Shown: one piece after another, positions 16,882 through 26,126 of the stretch | Numbering within the stretch: the stretch's first letter is position 1 | Layout of the letters: the number at the start of each line of letters is the position of its first letter | Source: an uncultured Flavobacterium sp. | Lineage (GTDB): Bacteria; Bacteroidota; Bacteroidia; Flavobacteriales; Flavobacteriaceae | Direction: 5' to 3' | Assembly (NCBI GenBank): GCA_964566045.1 | Contig: CAZMHK010000001.1 | Span: 1,925 to 65,924 of the forward strand | Length of the DNA: 64,000 nt | Notes under the pieces: generated by a model | What the model was told of the DNA's origin: nothing | The model's input: only the letters and a program-made list of their open reading frames with translations | Databases searched by the model: none | Position numbers and translations under genes: made by a program

Positions 16882-17352
16882 CTAAAAAAGAGCTTGTTGC
16901 TTATTAGGATTTTCGTGCTCTAACAACCATTTTTTGCGCCATAAACCTCCTGCATAACCCGTTAATGAACCATCACTACCAATGACTCGGTGACACGGAA
17001 TCACAATCCAAAGTGGATTTTTCCCGTTCGCGGAAGCCACAGCCCGAATAGCTTTTGGATCACCAAGAAATTTAGATTGTTCTAGATACGTCCTTGTTTT
17101 CCCGAACGGAATATCGAGTAATGCGTTCCAAACTTTTTGTTGAAAATCAGTTCCTTTTGGATTGAGTTTAAAGGTAAAATTTGTTCTTTGCGAATGGAAA
17201 TATTCTTGAAGCTGCTGTACAGCCTCTTGTAAAAAAACGGGAATTTGAGCGGATACTTCACCCTCTTCTAAAACTGTTATTTCAGAAACACCATGTATAT
17301 CACCTGTAATGGCAGCAATTCCTAGCGGAGTATTGATGTAGACTGTTTCCAT
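16882..17352 (-). CDS. ogt: Methylated-DNA--protein-cysteine methyltransferase
   Basis: Active-site PCHRVIGSDGSLTGYAGG. Size is 156 aa. Confidence 0.9.
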   Translation of the reverse strand: METVYINTPLGIAAITGDIHGVSEITVLEEGEVSAQIPVFLQEAVQQLQEYFHSQRTNFTFKLNPKGTDFQQKVWNALLDIPFGKTRTYLEQSKFLGDPKAIRAVASANGKNPLWIVIPCHRVIGSDGSLTGYAGGLWRKKWLLEHENPNKQQALF

Positions 17353-17396
17353 TTTTTAAAGGTAAAAAAATAATCTTTGTAGACTACATACGGTCA

Positions 17397-17429
17397 TAAA
17401 AAAACCATTCGTGCTTGCGAATGGTTTTT
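17397..17429 (-). terminator. Rho-independent terminator downstream of the cyt c/hem operon
   Basis: aaaaccattcg-tgcttg-cgaatggtttt with a T-run on the minus strand. Confidence 0.7.
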
Positions 17430-17433
17430 GTTT

Positions 17434-17533
17434 TAGCCCTGATAGAAGCGGCATCTCCCGATTTAGAAAAACTACGGCTAAAAAGCCTTGTTTTTCTAAA
17501 TCGGGAATACAGCGGATAGCAGGATATAGCTCC
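17434..17533 (+). repeat. Structured intergenic repeat, family C, copy 3 (long nested hairpin)
   Basis: TAGCCCtGATaGAAgcGGcATC ... ACAGCgGATAGCaGGAtATAGCTCC. Inner 17-bp stem is tcccgatttagaaaaac/gtttttctaaatcggga around ggct-aaaa-agcc. Confidence 0.7.
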
Positions 17534-17541
17534 TAAAAACT

Positions 17542-17928
17542 TTATTTTACATGAGAATAAACATAGGCTTCTAGCGCTTTCAATTCCTCGTCAGACATGG
17601 CTTTTGTGAGTGCAAAGTTAGCTTTCATCACCTCGTATTGACTTGGGTCTACAATTGGTTCACCTTCACCTTTTAAAAACGTGACCATATCAGCATTTTT
17701 ACTTTTATAAATACCCGCAATGTCTTGTAAGCTAGGACCAATTACTTTATTGTCAATTTGGTGACAGGCAATGCAATTTCCTTTTCCTTCAAAAATTTCT
17801 TTTCCTAATTCTACCGGAGTTTGAGCAACGGTTTCAGTAGTTGTTGGATACAAGGATTCTTTCTTTGTTTCTTCTTTTTTACAAGATAGAAAGCTACATA
17901 CGGCTACTAAGCAAAGGATCTTTTTCAT
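17542..17928 (-). CDS. c-type cytochrome lipoprotein (class I, single heme)
   Basis: Lipobox SFLSC and heme-binding CIACH. The start overlaps the hemB stop (TAATG). Confidence 0.85.
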   Translation of the reverse strand: MKKILCLVAVCSFLSCKKEETKKESLYPTTTETVAQTPVELGKEIFEGKGNCIACHQIDNKVIGPSLQDIAGIYKSKNADMVTFLKGEGEPIVDPSQYEVMKANFALTKAMSDEELKALEAYVYSHVK

Positions 17929-18926
17929 TATTTTTTATTTAAAAGTATGGCAGCTTCTTTGGCAAAATATGTCGAAATCAAACTGGCTCCTGCACGCTTG
18001 ATGCACATTAACTGCTCCATCATGGTTTGATCATGATCTAGCCAACCTCTTTCGGAAGCGGCTTTGATCATGGCATACTCGCCAGAAACATGGTATACAG
18101 TTACGGGAACATGAACTGCATTTTTCACCTCGCGAACAATATCTAAGTATGCAATTCCTGGTTTTACCATGACCATATCAGCGCCTTCTTCAACATCCCA
18201 AAGTGCTTCTTTGATGGCTTCAAGACGATTGGCATAATCCATTTGATAGGTTTTTTTATTTTTTGGAACTACTACATCAGCGTCTTTTGGAGCAGAGTCT
18301 AAAGCATCGCGAAACGGTCCGTAAAATGCCGAAGCATATTTGGCAGAATAACTCATGATCCCCACGTTATGATACCCTGCAGCATCTAAACCTTGGCGCA
18401 AGCGTAGTACACGTCCGTCCATCATATCGCTTGGTGCTACAAAATCAGCACCGGCTTGTGCGTGAGAAACAGCCATTTTTACTAAAGCATCGTTGGTAGA
18501 ATCATTTTCGACATCGCCATTTGCTATGATTCCGTCATGACCATAAATAGAATATGGATCCAAAGCCACATCAGGCATGACAATCATTTCCGGACAAGCT
18601 GCTTTGATAGCGCGAATGGCGTTTTGCATGAGCCCGTTGGGGTTCCAAGCTTCAGTACCTGCGTTGTCTTTTAGATTTTCATTAACTTTTACATAGATGT
18701 TTACTGCTCGAATTCCTAAATCGAATAATTCTTGCACTTCTTTAACCGTTAAATCAATAGAGCGGCGGAAAATTCCTGGCATAGATGGAATTTCGACTTG
18801 TACGTTTTCGCCTTCGGCAATAAACATAGGGAACATAAAATCATTTGGACTTAATGTAGTTTCACGAACTAAGGAACGAATGGATTCGTTAACTCTCAAT
18901 CGACGACCTCTTTGTAATGGGAACAT
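17928..18926 (-). CDS. hemB: Porphobilinogen synthase (delta-aminolevulinate dehydratase), Asp-rich Zn-independent type
   Basis: Collinear with HemB. The metal-site segment DVALDPYSIYGHDG matches the DxALDxYxxxGHDG (non-Cys) class. Confidence 0.95.
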   Translation of the reverse strand: MFPLQRGRRLRVNESIRSLVRETTLSPNDFMFPMFIAEGENVQVEIPSMPGIFRRSIDLTVKEVQELFDLGIRAVNIYVKVNENLKDNAGTEAWNPNGLMQNAIRAIKAACPEMIVMPDVALDPYSIYGHDGIIANGDVENDSTNDALVKMAVSHAQAGADFVAPSDMMDGRVLRLRQGLDAAGYHNVGIMSYSAKYASAFYGPFRDALDSAPKDADVVVPKNKKTYQMDYANRLEAIKEALWDVEEGADMVMVKPGIAYLDIVREVKNAVHVPVTVYHVSGEYAMIKAASERGWLDHDQTMMEQLMCIKRAGASLISTYFAKEAAILLNKK

Positions 18927-18941
18927 ATTTTTAGTTTTTCA

Positions 18942-19020
18942 AGCTCCAGTGGAGCGTAATGTTTATAGTAATTTGTTTTATCGTGCTGTTTTTAAGCCCG
19001 GTAAGGGCGACATATTTATC
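18942..19020. repeat. Two REP hairpins (agctcc-agt-ggagcg+taatgtttatag; gccc-ggtaa-gggcg+acatatttat)
   Basis: Located at 18942..18968 and 18994..19020. These are reverse-complement versions of the REPs at 19565..19591 and 19631..19657. Confidence 0.7.
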
Positions 19021-19021
19021 T

Positions 19022-19483
19022 CTAATTAACATCATCAAAAAGATATTCATTTTTAAAATCTACATTATACAATTTTAAAAATTCTACATATTCTTCTTTG
19101 AATGTTTTTGATTTAAGATGTTCTTCTTGATTTTGTATGTAAGTGATAACATTTGTCAATTGCGAATGGCTGTAGGTGAATGCTCCAAATCCTGTTTGCC
19201 ACTCAAATTTACCATTTATCCAAGCTTTTTCATTGATGAATCTTGATGAATTGGCTTTTACATCTCTCACTAAATCTGATAAAGCTTTATTTGGCTTTAA
19301 GCCAATTAGAATATGAATGTGGTCTGGCATTCCATTAATCGCAATCAGTTTTTGACCTTCATTTGTGACAATACCAGTGATATATTTGAACAATTCATCT
19401 TTCCATTTATTAGAAATCAGATTTTGTCTCCCTTTTACAGCAAAGACAATTTGGATGTATATTTGCGAATACGTGTTTGCCAT
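19022..19483 (-). CDS. REP-associated tyrosine transposase (RAYT) paralogue 2
   Basis: 153 aa with HUH motif PDHIHILIG and Tyr helix ITYIQNQEEH. Roughly half of its residues are identical to the copy at 13707..14168 by eye. Confidence 0.85.
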   Translation of the reverse strand: MANTYSQIYIQIVFAVKGRQNLISNKWKDELFKYITGIVTNEGQKLIAINGMPDHIHILIGLKPNKALSDLVRDVKANSSRFINEKAWINGKFEWQTGFGAFTYSHSQLTNVITYIQNQEEHLKSKTFKEEYVEFLKLYNVDFKNEYLFDDVN

Positions 19484-19510
19484 TATAAATTGATGTTGGT
19501 TAAAGATGTC

Positions 19511-19657
19511 ATTCCTACGGAATTCAATTTCAATTACATAAATTATTTGTTATAAATATAATTGCTATAAATATAGCGCTCCTTCGGAGCTAAATCAAAA
19601 CAACATTATTTATTCAAATATAACGCAACGCTATAAATATATCGCTCCTACGGAGCT
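19511..19657. repeat. REP hairpins attCCTACGGaat, ctataaatatagcgctcc-ttc-ggagct and ctataaatatatcgctCCTACGGagct
   Basis: Located at 19511..19523, 19565..19591 and 19631..19657. The last overlaps the hemF stop codon (19656..19658). Confidence 0.75.
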
Positions 19658-20561
19658 AAACTATCCACTCAACAGGATTCTCCAACACTTTCAATAACAT
19701 TTGCTCTTCGCTTCCTTCTTCTGGATTATGATCATAAACCCACTGAACATGTGGCGGTAAACTCATCAAAATACTTTCGATTCTTCCGTTGGTTTTTAGT
19801 CCGAATAACGTGCCTTTGTCGTGTACCAAATTGAATTCTACATAACGACCACGACGGATTTCTTGCCAAGTTCGTTGTGCTTCCGTATAAGGTAAATCTT
19901 TTCTTTTTTCTAAAATTGGAACATAGGCTTGTAGGAAACTGTTTCCAACTTCAATTACAAAATTGTACCAGTTTTCCATTGACATTTGTTCGGTTTCCTT
20001 GCAATAATCAAAGAATAATCCGCCGAGTCCACGAGCTTCATTACGATGTGCGTTCCAAAAATAAGCATCACATTGTTTTTTAAACTTGGGATAAAACTCT
20101 GGATTGTGCTTATCACATGCTGTTTTACACGTTTGATGAAAATGAATCGCATCTTCTTCAAATAAATAATAGGGCGTTAAGTCCTGTCCGCCACCAAACC
20201 AACTGTTGATAACATTTCCGTTATCGTCATACATTTCGAAATAACGCCAATTGGCATGAACCGTTGGTGCCATTGGGTTTTTAGGATGTATTACCAAACT
20301 CAATCCGCAGGCAAAAAAATCAGCTTCGCCTACGTTGAATAATTTTTGCATCGAATCGGGTAATTTTCCGTGCACTGCCGAAATATTGACACCGCCTTTT
20401 TCGATTACATTTCCGTTTTCAATTACACGTGTTCGTCCTCCGCCGCCTTCTGGACGTTCCCAAAGATCTTCCTTGAATTTGGCATGACCTTCAACGGCTT
20501 CTAAGCCAGCAACAATCTGGTCTTGCAGGTTTTGTATGTATTGGTAAAATTTATTTTTCAT
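19656..20561 (-). CDS. hemF: Oxygen-dependent coproporphyrinogen III oxidase
   Basis: 301 aa, collinear with HemF (GGGRTRVIE, WFGGGQDLTPYY, RRGRYVEFNL). Confidence 0.95.
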   Translation of the reverse strand: MKNKFYQYIQNLQDQIVAGLEAVEGHAKFKEDLWERPEGGGGRTRVIENGNVIEKGGVNISAVHGKLPDSMQKLFNVGEADFFACGLSLVIHPKNPMAPTVHANWRYFEMYDDNGNVINSWFGGGQDLTPYYLFEEDAIHFHQTCKTACDKHNPEFYPKFKKQCDAYFWNAHRNEARGLGGLFFDYCKETEQMSMENWYNFVIEVGNSFLQAYVPILEKRKDLPYTEAQRTWQEIRRGRYVEFNLVHDKGTLFGLKTNGRIESILMSLPPHVQWVYDHNPEEGSEEQMLLKVLENPVEWIV

Positions 20562-20624
20562 ATTTAACAGTTATCAGTCGCAGTTTCCAGTCGCAGTTAT
20601 TCTGAAAACTGAAACTGAGACAGT

Positions 20625-21650
20625 TTACTTTTGATACTCCTTCACCGCATCAATAAATGCTTTGGCATGATCCACCGGAATATTTGGTAAAATACCGTGG
20701 CCTAAGTTTACGATATATTTGTCTTTTCCGAATTCGTCAATCATTTCGTGAACCATTTTCTTGATGATTGGAATTGGTGACAACAATCTTGATGGATCAA
20801 AATTACCTTGTAGTGTGATATTTCCACCTGATAAATAACGTGCATTTCTAGGCGAGCAAGTCCAATCTACTCCTAGCGCAGAGGCTTTACTTTTACCCAT
20901 TTCGTTCAAAGCAAACCAACATCCTTTTCCAAAAACAATTACTGGAGTTACCTCAGCCAAGGCATCGATGATTTGGTTGATGTATTTCCATGAGAATTCT
21001 TGGTAATCAACTGGCGACAACATACCGCCCCAAGAATCAAATATTTGTACCGCATTCACGCCTGATTTTACTTTTTCTAGTAAGTATAAAATAGTCGTAT
21101 CGGTGATTTTTTGCAACAACGTATGCGCCGCTACTGGATCAGAGAAACAGAATCCTTTGGCAGTATCAAAACTCTTAGACCCTTTTCCCTCAACCGCATA
21201 ACAAAAAATAGTCCATGGTGAACCTGCAAAACCTATTAAAGGCACCTCATCGTTCAACATTTCTTTGGTTAATTTCACAGCATCAAAAACATAACCTAAA
21301 GTTTGATTTACATCCGGAACAAACACTTGGTTTACTTGCTCCATTGTACGAATAGGATTTGGGATAATTGGTCCTAAATTGTCTTTTAATTCCACGTGAA
21401 TTCCCATAGCGCGCGGCACAACAAGAATATCCGAAAACAAAATGGCAGCATCTGGAGCAATTCTGCGAATAGGTTGCACCGTAATTTCGGCGGCTAATTC
21501 TGGAGTTTCGCAACGAGTGAAAAAATCATATTTGTCTCGCAAAGCTCTAAATTCTGGTAAATACCTTCCTGCTTGACGCATCATCCATACCGGTGGGCGT
21601 TCAACAGTTTCTCCTTTTAGTGCTCTTAAAAACAAGTCATTTTTTAACAT
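20625..21650 (-). CDS. hemE: Uroporphyrinogen decarboxylase
   Basis: N-terminal signature [16 protein letters not shown]. Size is 341 aa. Confidence 0.95.
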   Translation of the reverse strand: MLKNDLFLRALKGETVERPPVWMMRQAGRYLPEFRALRDKYDFFTRCETPELAAEITVQPIRRIAPDAAILFSDILVVPRAMGIHVELKDNLGPIIPNPIRTMEQVNQVFVPDVNQTLGYVFDAVKLTKEMLNDEVPLIGFAGSPWTIFCYAVEGKGSKSFDTAKGFCFSDPVAAHTLLQKITDTTILYLLEKVKSGVNAVQIFDSWGGMLSPVDYQEFSWKYINQIIDALAEVTPVIVFGKGCWFALNEMGKSKASALGVDWTCSPRNARYLSGGNITLQGNFDPSRLLSPIPIIKKMVHEMIDEFGKDKYIVNLGHGILPNIPVDHAKAFIDAVKEYQK

Positions 21651-21705
21651 AATTCTATTTTTTTAATTCCTCTTTGAGGGTTTGTTTTGATCTATTTGAT
21701 GGGCG

Positions 21706-22386
21706 TTATTCGCCTTCTGTTGTATAATATTCTATGAGTGCGATAATTAAATCTTCAATCGTGGGCACTTCGGCCACTACAATACTCTTTGTTTTTCCTT
21801 TTAAAGCTGCGGCGGTAGTCTCGCCAATGCAAAAGCAAACTTCTTTTTTTAGCTTATTTTCTTTTAGGTAACTTTCTACTCCCGATGGACTGAAAAAGAG
21901 GATGCCTGCAAAATTTTCTAGACTTGAAATTTTAATTGGTGCCAACTTAGTTTGGTACACTTCAATTTCATTAAACACTATTCCAGCATCTTTTAGTGCT
22001 TCTGGCAAAGTTTCCTTACGCAAATTTCCACTAAAAAAAGTGTAGCTGTTTTGACTGTAAATCAAGGTGATGATTTCGGCTAGCTCTGAGGCGTAATCCA
22101 TGTAAACATCTACGGTAAAACCATTTTGCTCTAGTAATTCTTTGGTTTTGATGCCTACGCAAAAAGCAGTTTTAGTTCGTAAACTTTCCCAACCCTCTTG
22201 TTCTAGCAAACTTAAAACAGCGTTTTGACTGCTAAAAATGAGATTTTCTTGAATATTTTGAAGTGAAAATGGAGTGTTTGTTACTTCGATAAAATCTTGT
22301 TCCAAGAGATCAAAGTTGGCATCTAGTACCGCTTTTCTTTGTGTTCCAGAAAGTGTTTTGGTAGATAAAATACTAATTTGCTCCAT
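21706..22386 (-). CDS. hemD: Uroporphyrinogen-III synthase
   Basis: 226 aa, positioned between hemC and hemE. The start is coupled to the hemC stop. The sequence is weakly conserved, as is usual for HemD. Confidence 0.75.
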   Translation of the reverse strand: MEQISILSTKTLSGTQRKAVLDANFDLLEQDFIEVTNTPFSLQNIQENLIFSSQNAVLSLLEQEGWESLRTKTAFCVGIKTKELLEQNGFTVDVYMDYASELAEIITLIYSQNSYTFFSGNLRKETLPEALKDAGIVFNEIEVYQTKLAPIKISSLENFAGILFFSPSGVESYLKENKLKKEVCFCIGETTAAALKGKTKSIVVAEVPTIEDLIIALIEYYTTEGE

Positions 22387-23306
22387 TATTTTTTTAATTT
22401 CTCTTTTATAGATTTCATCAACTCTACTCCACCATTTTCAAGAATTTCTTGTGCGCAAAAGAATCCTAATTTTTTCCACTCTTGCATTGGAACGGTTTTT
22501 TCTACTTCTATTTTTTCTTTTCCATCAATAGAAAACAAAACACCTTTAAAAACAATATCGTCTTCTACAAAAACAGCTAAAGCACCAATTGGAGCTGTAC
22601 AACCGCCCTCGAGCGTTCTTAAAAATTGTCTTTCAATATGGGTGCAAACTTCTGTATCAATGTCGTTCAACTCGTGCAGAGCTTGTCTTGAAAATTCATC
22701 ATCAGCCATGGCTACAACCAGCATAGCTCCTTGGGCTGGTGCGGGAATCATCCAATCAAGATCAATATAATCTTCTGGTTTAAGATTAATTCTTTCTAGC
22801 CCTGCTGCTGCAAATACGGCTCCACTCCAGTCGCTTTCTTGCAGCTTTTTCATGCGGGAATTTACATTTCCGCGCAGATCAACTACAGCATGATTAGGGT
22901 ATTTATTGAGCCATTGTGCTTGACGGCGCAAACTACCCGTAGCGATTGTTCCTGTTTGATTTAAAAAATCGAGATTGCCTTTGTGCACTAAAATATCGAG
23001 TGTATTGGCTCTTTCAAGAACAGCTGCTTGCACAATTCCGTGTGGTAATGCAGTTGGAACATCTTTCATAGAATGTACCGCAATATCAACATCGCCATTA
23101 ATCATAGCAACATCGAGTGTTTTGGTAAAAATTCCTGTGATTCCTAATTCGTAAAGTGGCTTATCAAGAATGATATCACCTTGCGATTTCACGGCTACAA
23201 TTTCAGTTTTGTATCCTAAATCATTTAGTTTTTTTTGGACGGTATGAGCTTGCCAAAGTGCCAATTCGCTATCGCGAGTCCCAATTCTAATTACTTTTTG
23301 AGCCAT
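22386..23306 (-). CDS. hemC: Hydroxymethylbilane synthase (porphobilinogen deaminase)
   Basis: IRIGTRDSELALWQA N-terminus and the cofactor Cys in LEGGCTAPIGA. Confidence 0.95.
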   Translation of the reverse strand: MAQKVIRIGTRDSELALWQAHTVQKKLNDLGYKTEIVAVKSQGDIILDKPLYELGITGIFTKTLDVAMINGDVDIAVHSMKDVPTALPHGIVQAAVLERANTLDILVHKGNLDFLNQTGTIATGSLRRQAQWLNKYPNHAVVDLRGNVNSRMKKLQESDWSGAVFAAAGLERINLKPEDYIDLDWMIPAPAQGAMLVVAMADDEFSRQALHELNDIDTEVCTHIERQFLRTLEGGCTAPIGALAVFVEDDIVFKGVLFSIDGKEKIEVEKTVPMQEWKKLGFFCAQEILENGGVELMKSIKEKLKK

Positions 23307-23354
23307 AGTACGGTTACATCCTTAAAAAACGAAAGGACTATTATTTGTATAATT

Positions 23355-24659
23355 CTAGGATAAATTAATCTTGTATTTTTCTTCCATTACTGATGGAACT
23401 ACTTTTGAAGCAGACTGCCCGATTTGAAACACTTTTTCAATAAAATCAATGCTATCGTCTACTGAGGTGTTTTCATCTTTTAAATGACTAGCAAAATGAT
23501 TGGTTATTTTTTGAATGATTCTTGAACTAATTAAATCAGCTTGTTCCTCGTCAAAATTAACTGTTTTTTTACGTTGCAAAGCCAACTCGCTCGCCACAAT
23601 ATCGTTTAACTTAGCTTTTAATGCATGAATAGTTGGTGCGTATTTGCGGCCATTCATCCAAGTGTTCAGTTCCAACTTTAAATCTTCGATAATAGCTTCG
23701 GCTGCCGGAATATGTTGCTTTCTTCTCTCTAAAGTATCGTCTGTCATTTGAGATAAATAATCCAAATGAATTAATGTTACACCTTCGATATCAGCAACAT
23801 CAGGATTTACATTTCTTGGAATGGATAAATCCAGAATTAAAAGCGGCTTTTTAAGATTCAAAAGTGTTTTATCAATAGTTGGATTCTTTGCCCCTGTAGC
23901 CACAACTAGCACATCCGTTTGCTGAATTTCTTCTTGCAAATTGGCGTAATCTTTTACCACTACATTTAATTTCCCTGCAAGCTGTTCTGCCTTATTTTTT
24001 GTTCTATTGATTAGCGTGATGTGGCCGTTTTTGGTATGTTTTACTAAATTTTCGCAAGTATTTCTACCAATTTTTCCAGTTCCAAAAAGCAATATGTTTT
24101 TGTTACCAATGTTTTCTACATTGCGAATAATATATTGAACTGATGCAAACGAAACTGATGTTGCACCAGATGAAATTTCTGTTTCTGTTTTAATTTTTTT
24201 ACTCGCCTGAATCACTGAGTTTACCAAACGATCCATAAAGGTGTTTACTAAACCTTCTGTTTTACTTACTTTAAATGCGTTTTTGATTTGGCTGATGATT
24301 TCAAAATCACCTAAGATTTGACTATCCAAACCTGTTCCTACACGAAACATGTGGTTAATGGCTTCATGACTTTTATAAATATAAGCTACTTCTTGAAACT
24401 CTTCGACAGAGCCATTGCTGTTTTCACAAAGTAACTTGATAAGTTCATAAGGATGATTAGCAAATCCGTATATTTCAGTTCTATTACAGGTAGAAGTAAC
24501 TAATAACGACTCAATTCCTTCTGCTTTAGCTTGCGCCAAAAGTGCCGATTGTGCACTAGCGTCAAGGCTAAATTTCCCTCTCATGGTTGCGTCTGCTTTT
24601 TTGTAACTTAAGCCTAAAGCATAAAAAGTGGTGTTTTTGGACATACTAAATTTTTCCAT
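23355..24659 (-). CDS. hemA: Glutamyl-tRNA reductase
   Basis: Catalytic Cys motif TSTCNRTEIY and NADPH-binding GTGKIG. An alternative start is MSKNTTF at 24644. Confidence 0.9.
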   Translation of the reverse strand: MEKFSMSKNTTFYALGLSYKKADATMRGKFSLDASAQSALLAQAKAEGIESLLVTSTCNRTEIYGFANHPYELIKLLCENSNGSVEEFQEVAYIYKSHEAINHMFRVGTGLDSQILGDFEIISQIKNAFKVSKTEGLVNTFMDRLVNSVIQASKKIKTETEISSGATSVSFASVQYIIRNVENIGNKNILLFGTGKIGRNTCENLVKHTKNGHITLINRTKNKAEQLAGKLNVVVKDYANLQEEIQQTDVLVVATGAKNPTIDKTLLNLKKPLLILDLSIPRNVNPDVADIEGVTLIHLDYLSQMTDDTLERRKQHIPAAEAIIEDLKLELNTWMNGRKYAPTIHALKAKLNDIVASELALQRKKTVNFDEEQADLISSRIIQKITNHFASHLKDENTSVDDSIDFIEKVFQIGQSASKVVPSVMEEKYKINLS

Positions 24660-24684
24660 ATTATACTTTCCTTAAAAAGTTCAA

Positions 24685-24716
24685 CAAAATTATTACTAAG
24701 TATTTGATAAAAACAA
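24685..24716 (-). promoter_or_regulatory. Candidate promoter of the hemA operon (TTG-N21-TAATTTTG on the minus strand)
   Basis: The reverse complement of 24685..24716 reads ttg-tttttatcaaatacttagtaa-taattttg, 26 nt upstream of the ATG at 24659. Confidence 0.5.
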
Positions 24717-25158
24717 CGCTAGAGGTACTTTTTATAACGCTATCAATTTAAAAGCTTCTTAGTGGCAATTTTATACCTGAAAAGAGTAGGTTTTCACTGA
24801 AAGCAAGCTTTTATTAGTGTCTTATGTAAATTAATTCTAAATAAAGGGTTTGTTTAGACCAGATTTGCAATTGTAAAAAATATCGCTTAACGGTCAGAAA
24901 AACAAAAACAATAGTGTAAAATGAAGCTGCTTTACATTTGACGAAAATTGACACCTCAACTACCAAATTTTTTTAACTTTTGAAAAATACAAGAGAACGA
25001 ACCAAATTAACGCCGCCATTAGCTAAAGAACAAAGAATAAATTTTGCATAAAATTCAAGCGCATAACCAATAAAACCATGAAAAAGATTTAATTTTGAAT
25101 AGCTATAACGGTCCAGCAGTAACGCGAGGATTGAAAATTTTAAAAAAGAAATCAAAAC

Positions 25159-26028
25159 ATGGAAGAAGAAATTAAAATTGAAAACGATTTTACGTTAATT
25201 CGATTTCAAAATGATAGTTCGGCACCCTTGTTTGCACAACGAGATGTTACGAGCGGTTTAATTCAATTTCATTTTGGACTCAAAGGAAATGCTAAATTTT
25301 TGTTCAATCAAGGCAACTATGCTTTAGAACTAAAAGAGGAAAAGTCACTGCTTTTATATAATCCACAAAAAGAACTGCCCTTAAACTTGGAACTTGCGCC
25401 TAATTCTTGGGTTATTTCTGTAATAATATCCATAAAAAAATTTCACGCCCTTTTCTCTACCGAAGCTGATTATATCACGTTTTTAAGTGCTGATAACAAA
25501 GACAAAAAATACTACAACGAAGGAAATATAAGTCCATCAATGGCAATTGTATTATCGCAATTGTTTCATTACAATTTGCATCCTTCTATTAAAAACCTGT
25601 ATTACAAAGGCAAAGGTTATGAATTGTTAAGTTTGTATTTTAACCGCACCGAAGATCCAAATGCAGAGCAATGTCCGTTCTTGATTGATGAAGACAATGT
25701 AATTAAAATAAAAAAAGCCAAAGAAATCATTATTTCGAACATGGCAGAACCACCGGGATTGCAAGAACTTGCAGACGAGGTGGGATTGAATATCAAAAAG
25801 TTGAAAATGGGTTTCAAACAAATTTATGGCGATACCGTTTACGGATTTTTATTTGATTACAAAATGGATTTTGCACGCAAACTACTCGATAGTGGCTCCT
25901 ACAACGTGAACGAAGTAGGGTTAAAAATTGGCTATAGTACCGGCAGTCATTTTATTGCAGCATTCAAAAAGAAATTTGCCACTACGCCAAAAAAATACCT
26001 AATGTCTATTAACCCAAACATGAATTAG
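25159..26028 (+). CDS. AraC-family transcriptional regulator
   Basis: The C-terminal double HTH (LQELADEVGLNIKKLKMGFKQ..., VNEVGLKIGYSTGSHFIAAFKKKF) is typical of AraC/XylS. It is divergent from hemA and upstream of hemH. Confidence 0.85.
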   Translation: MEEEIKIENDFTLIRFQNDSSAPLFAQRDVTSGLIQFHFGLKGNAKFLFNQGNYALELKEEKSLLLYNPQKELPLNLELAPNSWVISVIISIKKFHALFSTEADYITFLSADNKDKKYYNEGNISPSMAIVLSQLFHYNLHPSIKNLYYKGKGYELLSLYFNRTEDPNAEQCPFLIDEDNVIKIKKAKEIIISNMAEPPGLQELADEVGLNIKKLKMGFKQIYGDTVYGFLFDYKMDFARKLLDSGSYNVNEVGLKIGYSTGSHFIAAFKKKFATTPKKYLMSINPNMN

Positions 26029-26098
26029 GGTATTGATTTTAGATATTAAACGATAAATAAAAAATAGTTAATCTCCAGATATAAAAAGTAAGTTTATT

Positions 26099-26106
26099 TA
26101 CTTTTG
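26099..26106 (+). promoter_or_regulatory. Candidate -7 box (TACTTTTG) upstream of hemH
   Basis: Exact TAnnTTTG match 20 nt upstream of the ATG. No clear -33 TTG. Confidence 0.4.
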
Positions 26107-26126
26107 TACCAATAAAAAACAACAAG

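Larger units (their letters stand above)
18942..19657 (-). mobile_element. RAYT unit 2: inverted REP doublets flanking a second TnpA_REP-like gene, within the hem cluster
   Basis: See the component features 18942..19020, 19022..19483 and 19511..19657. Confidence 0.7.

Noticed and set aside
24973-25155. 60-aa minus-strand ORF in the hemA/AraC intergenic region
   Set aside because: It has no recognisable family and sits in a divergent promoter region, so it is probably non-coding.
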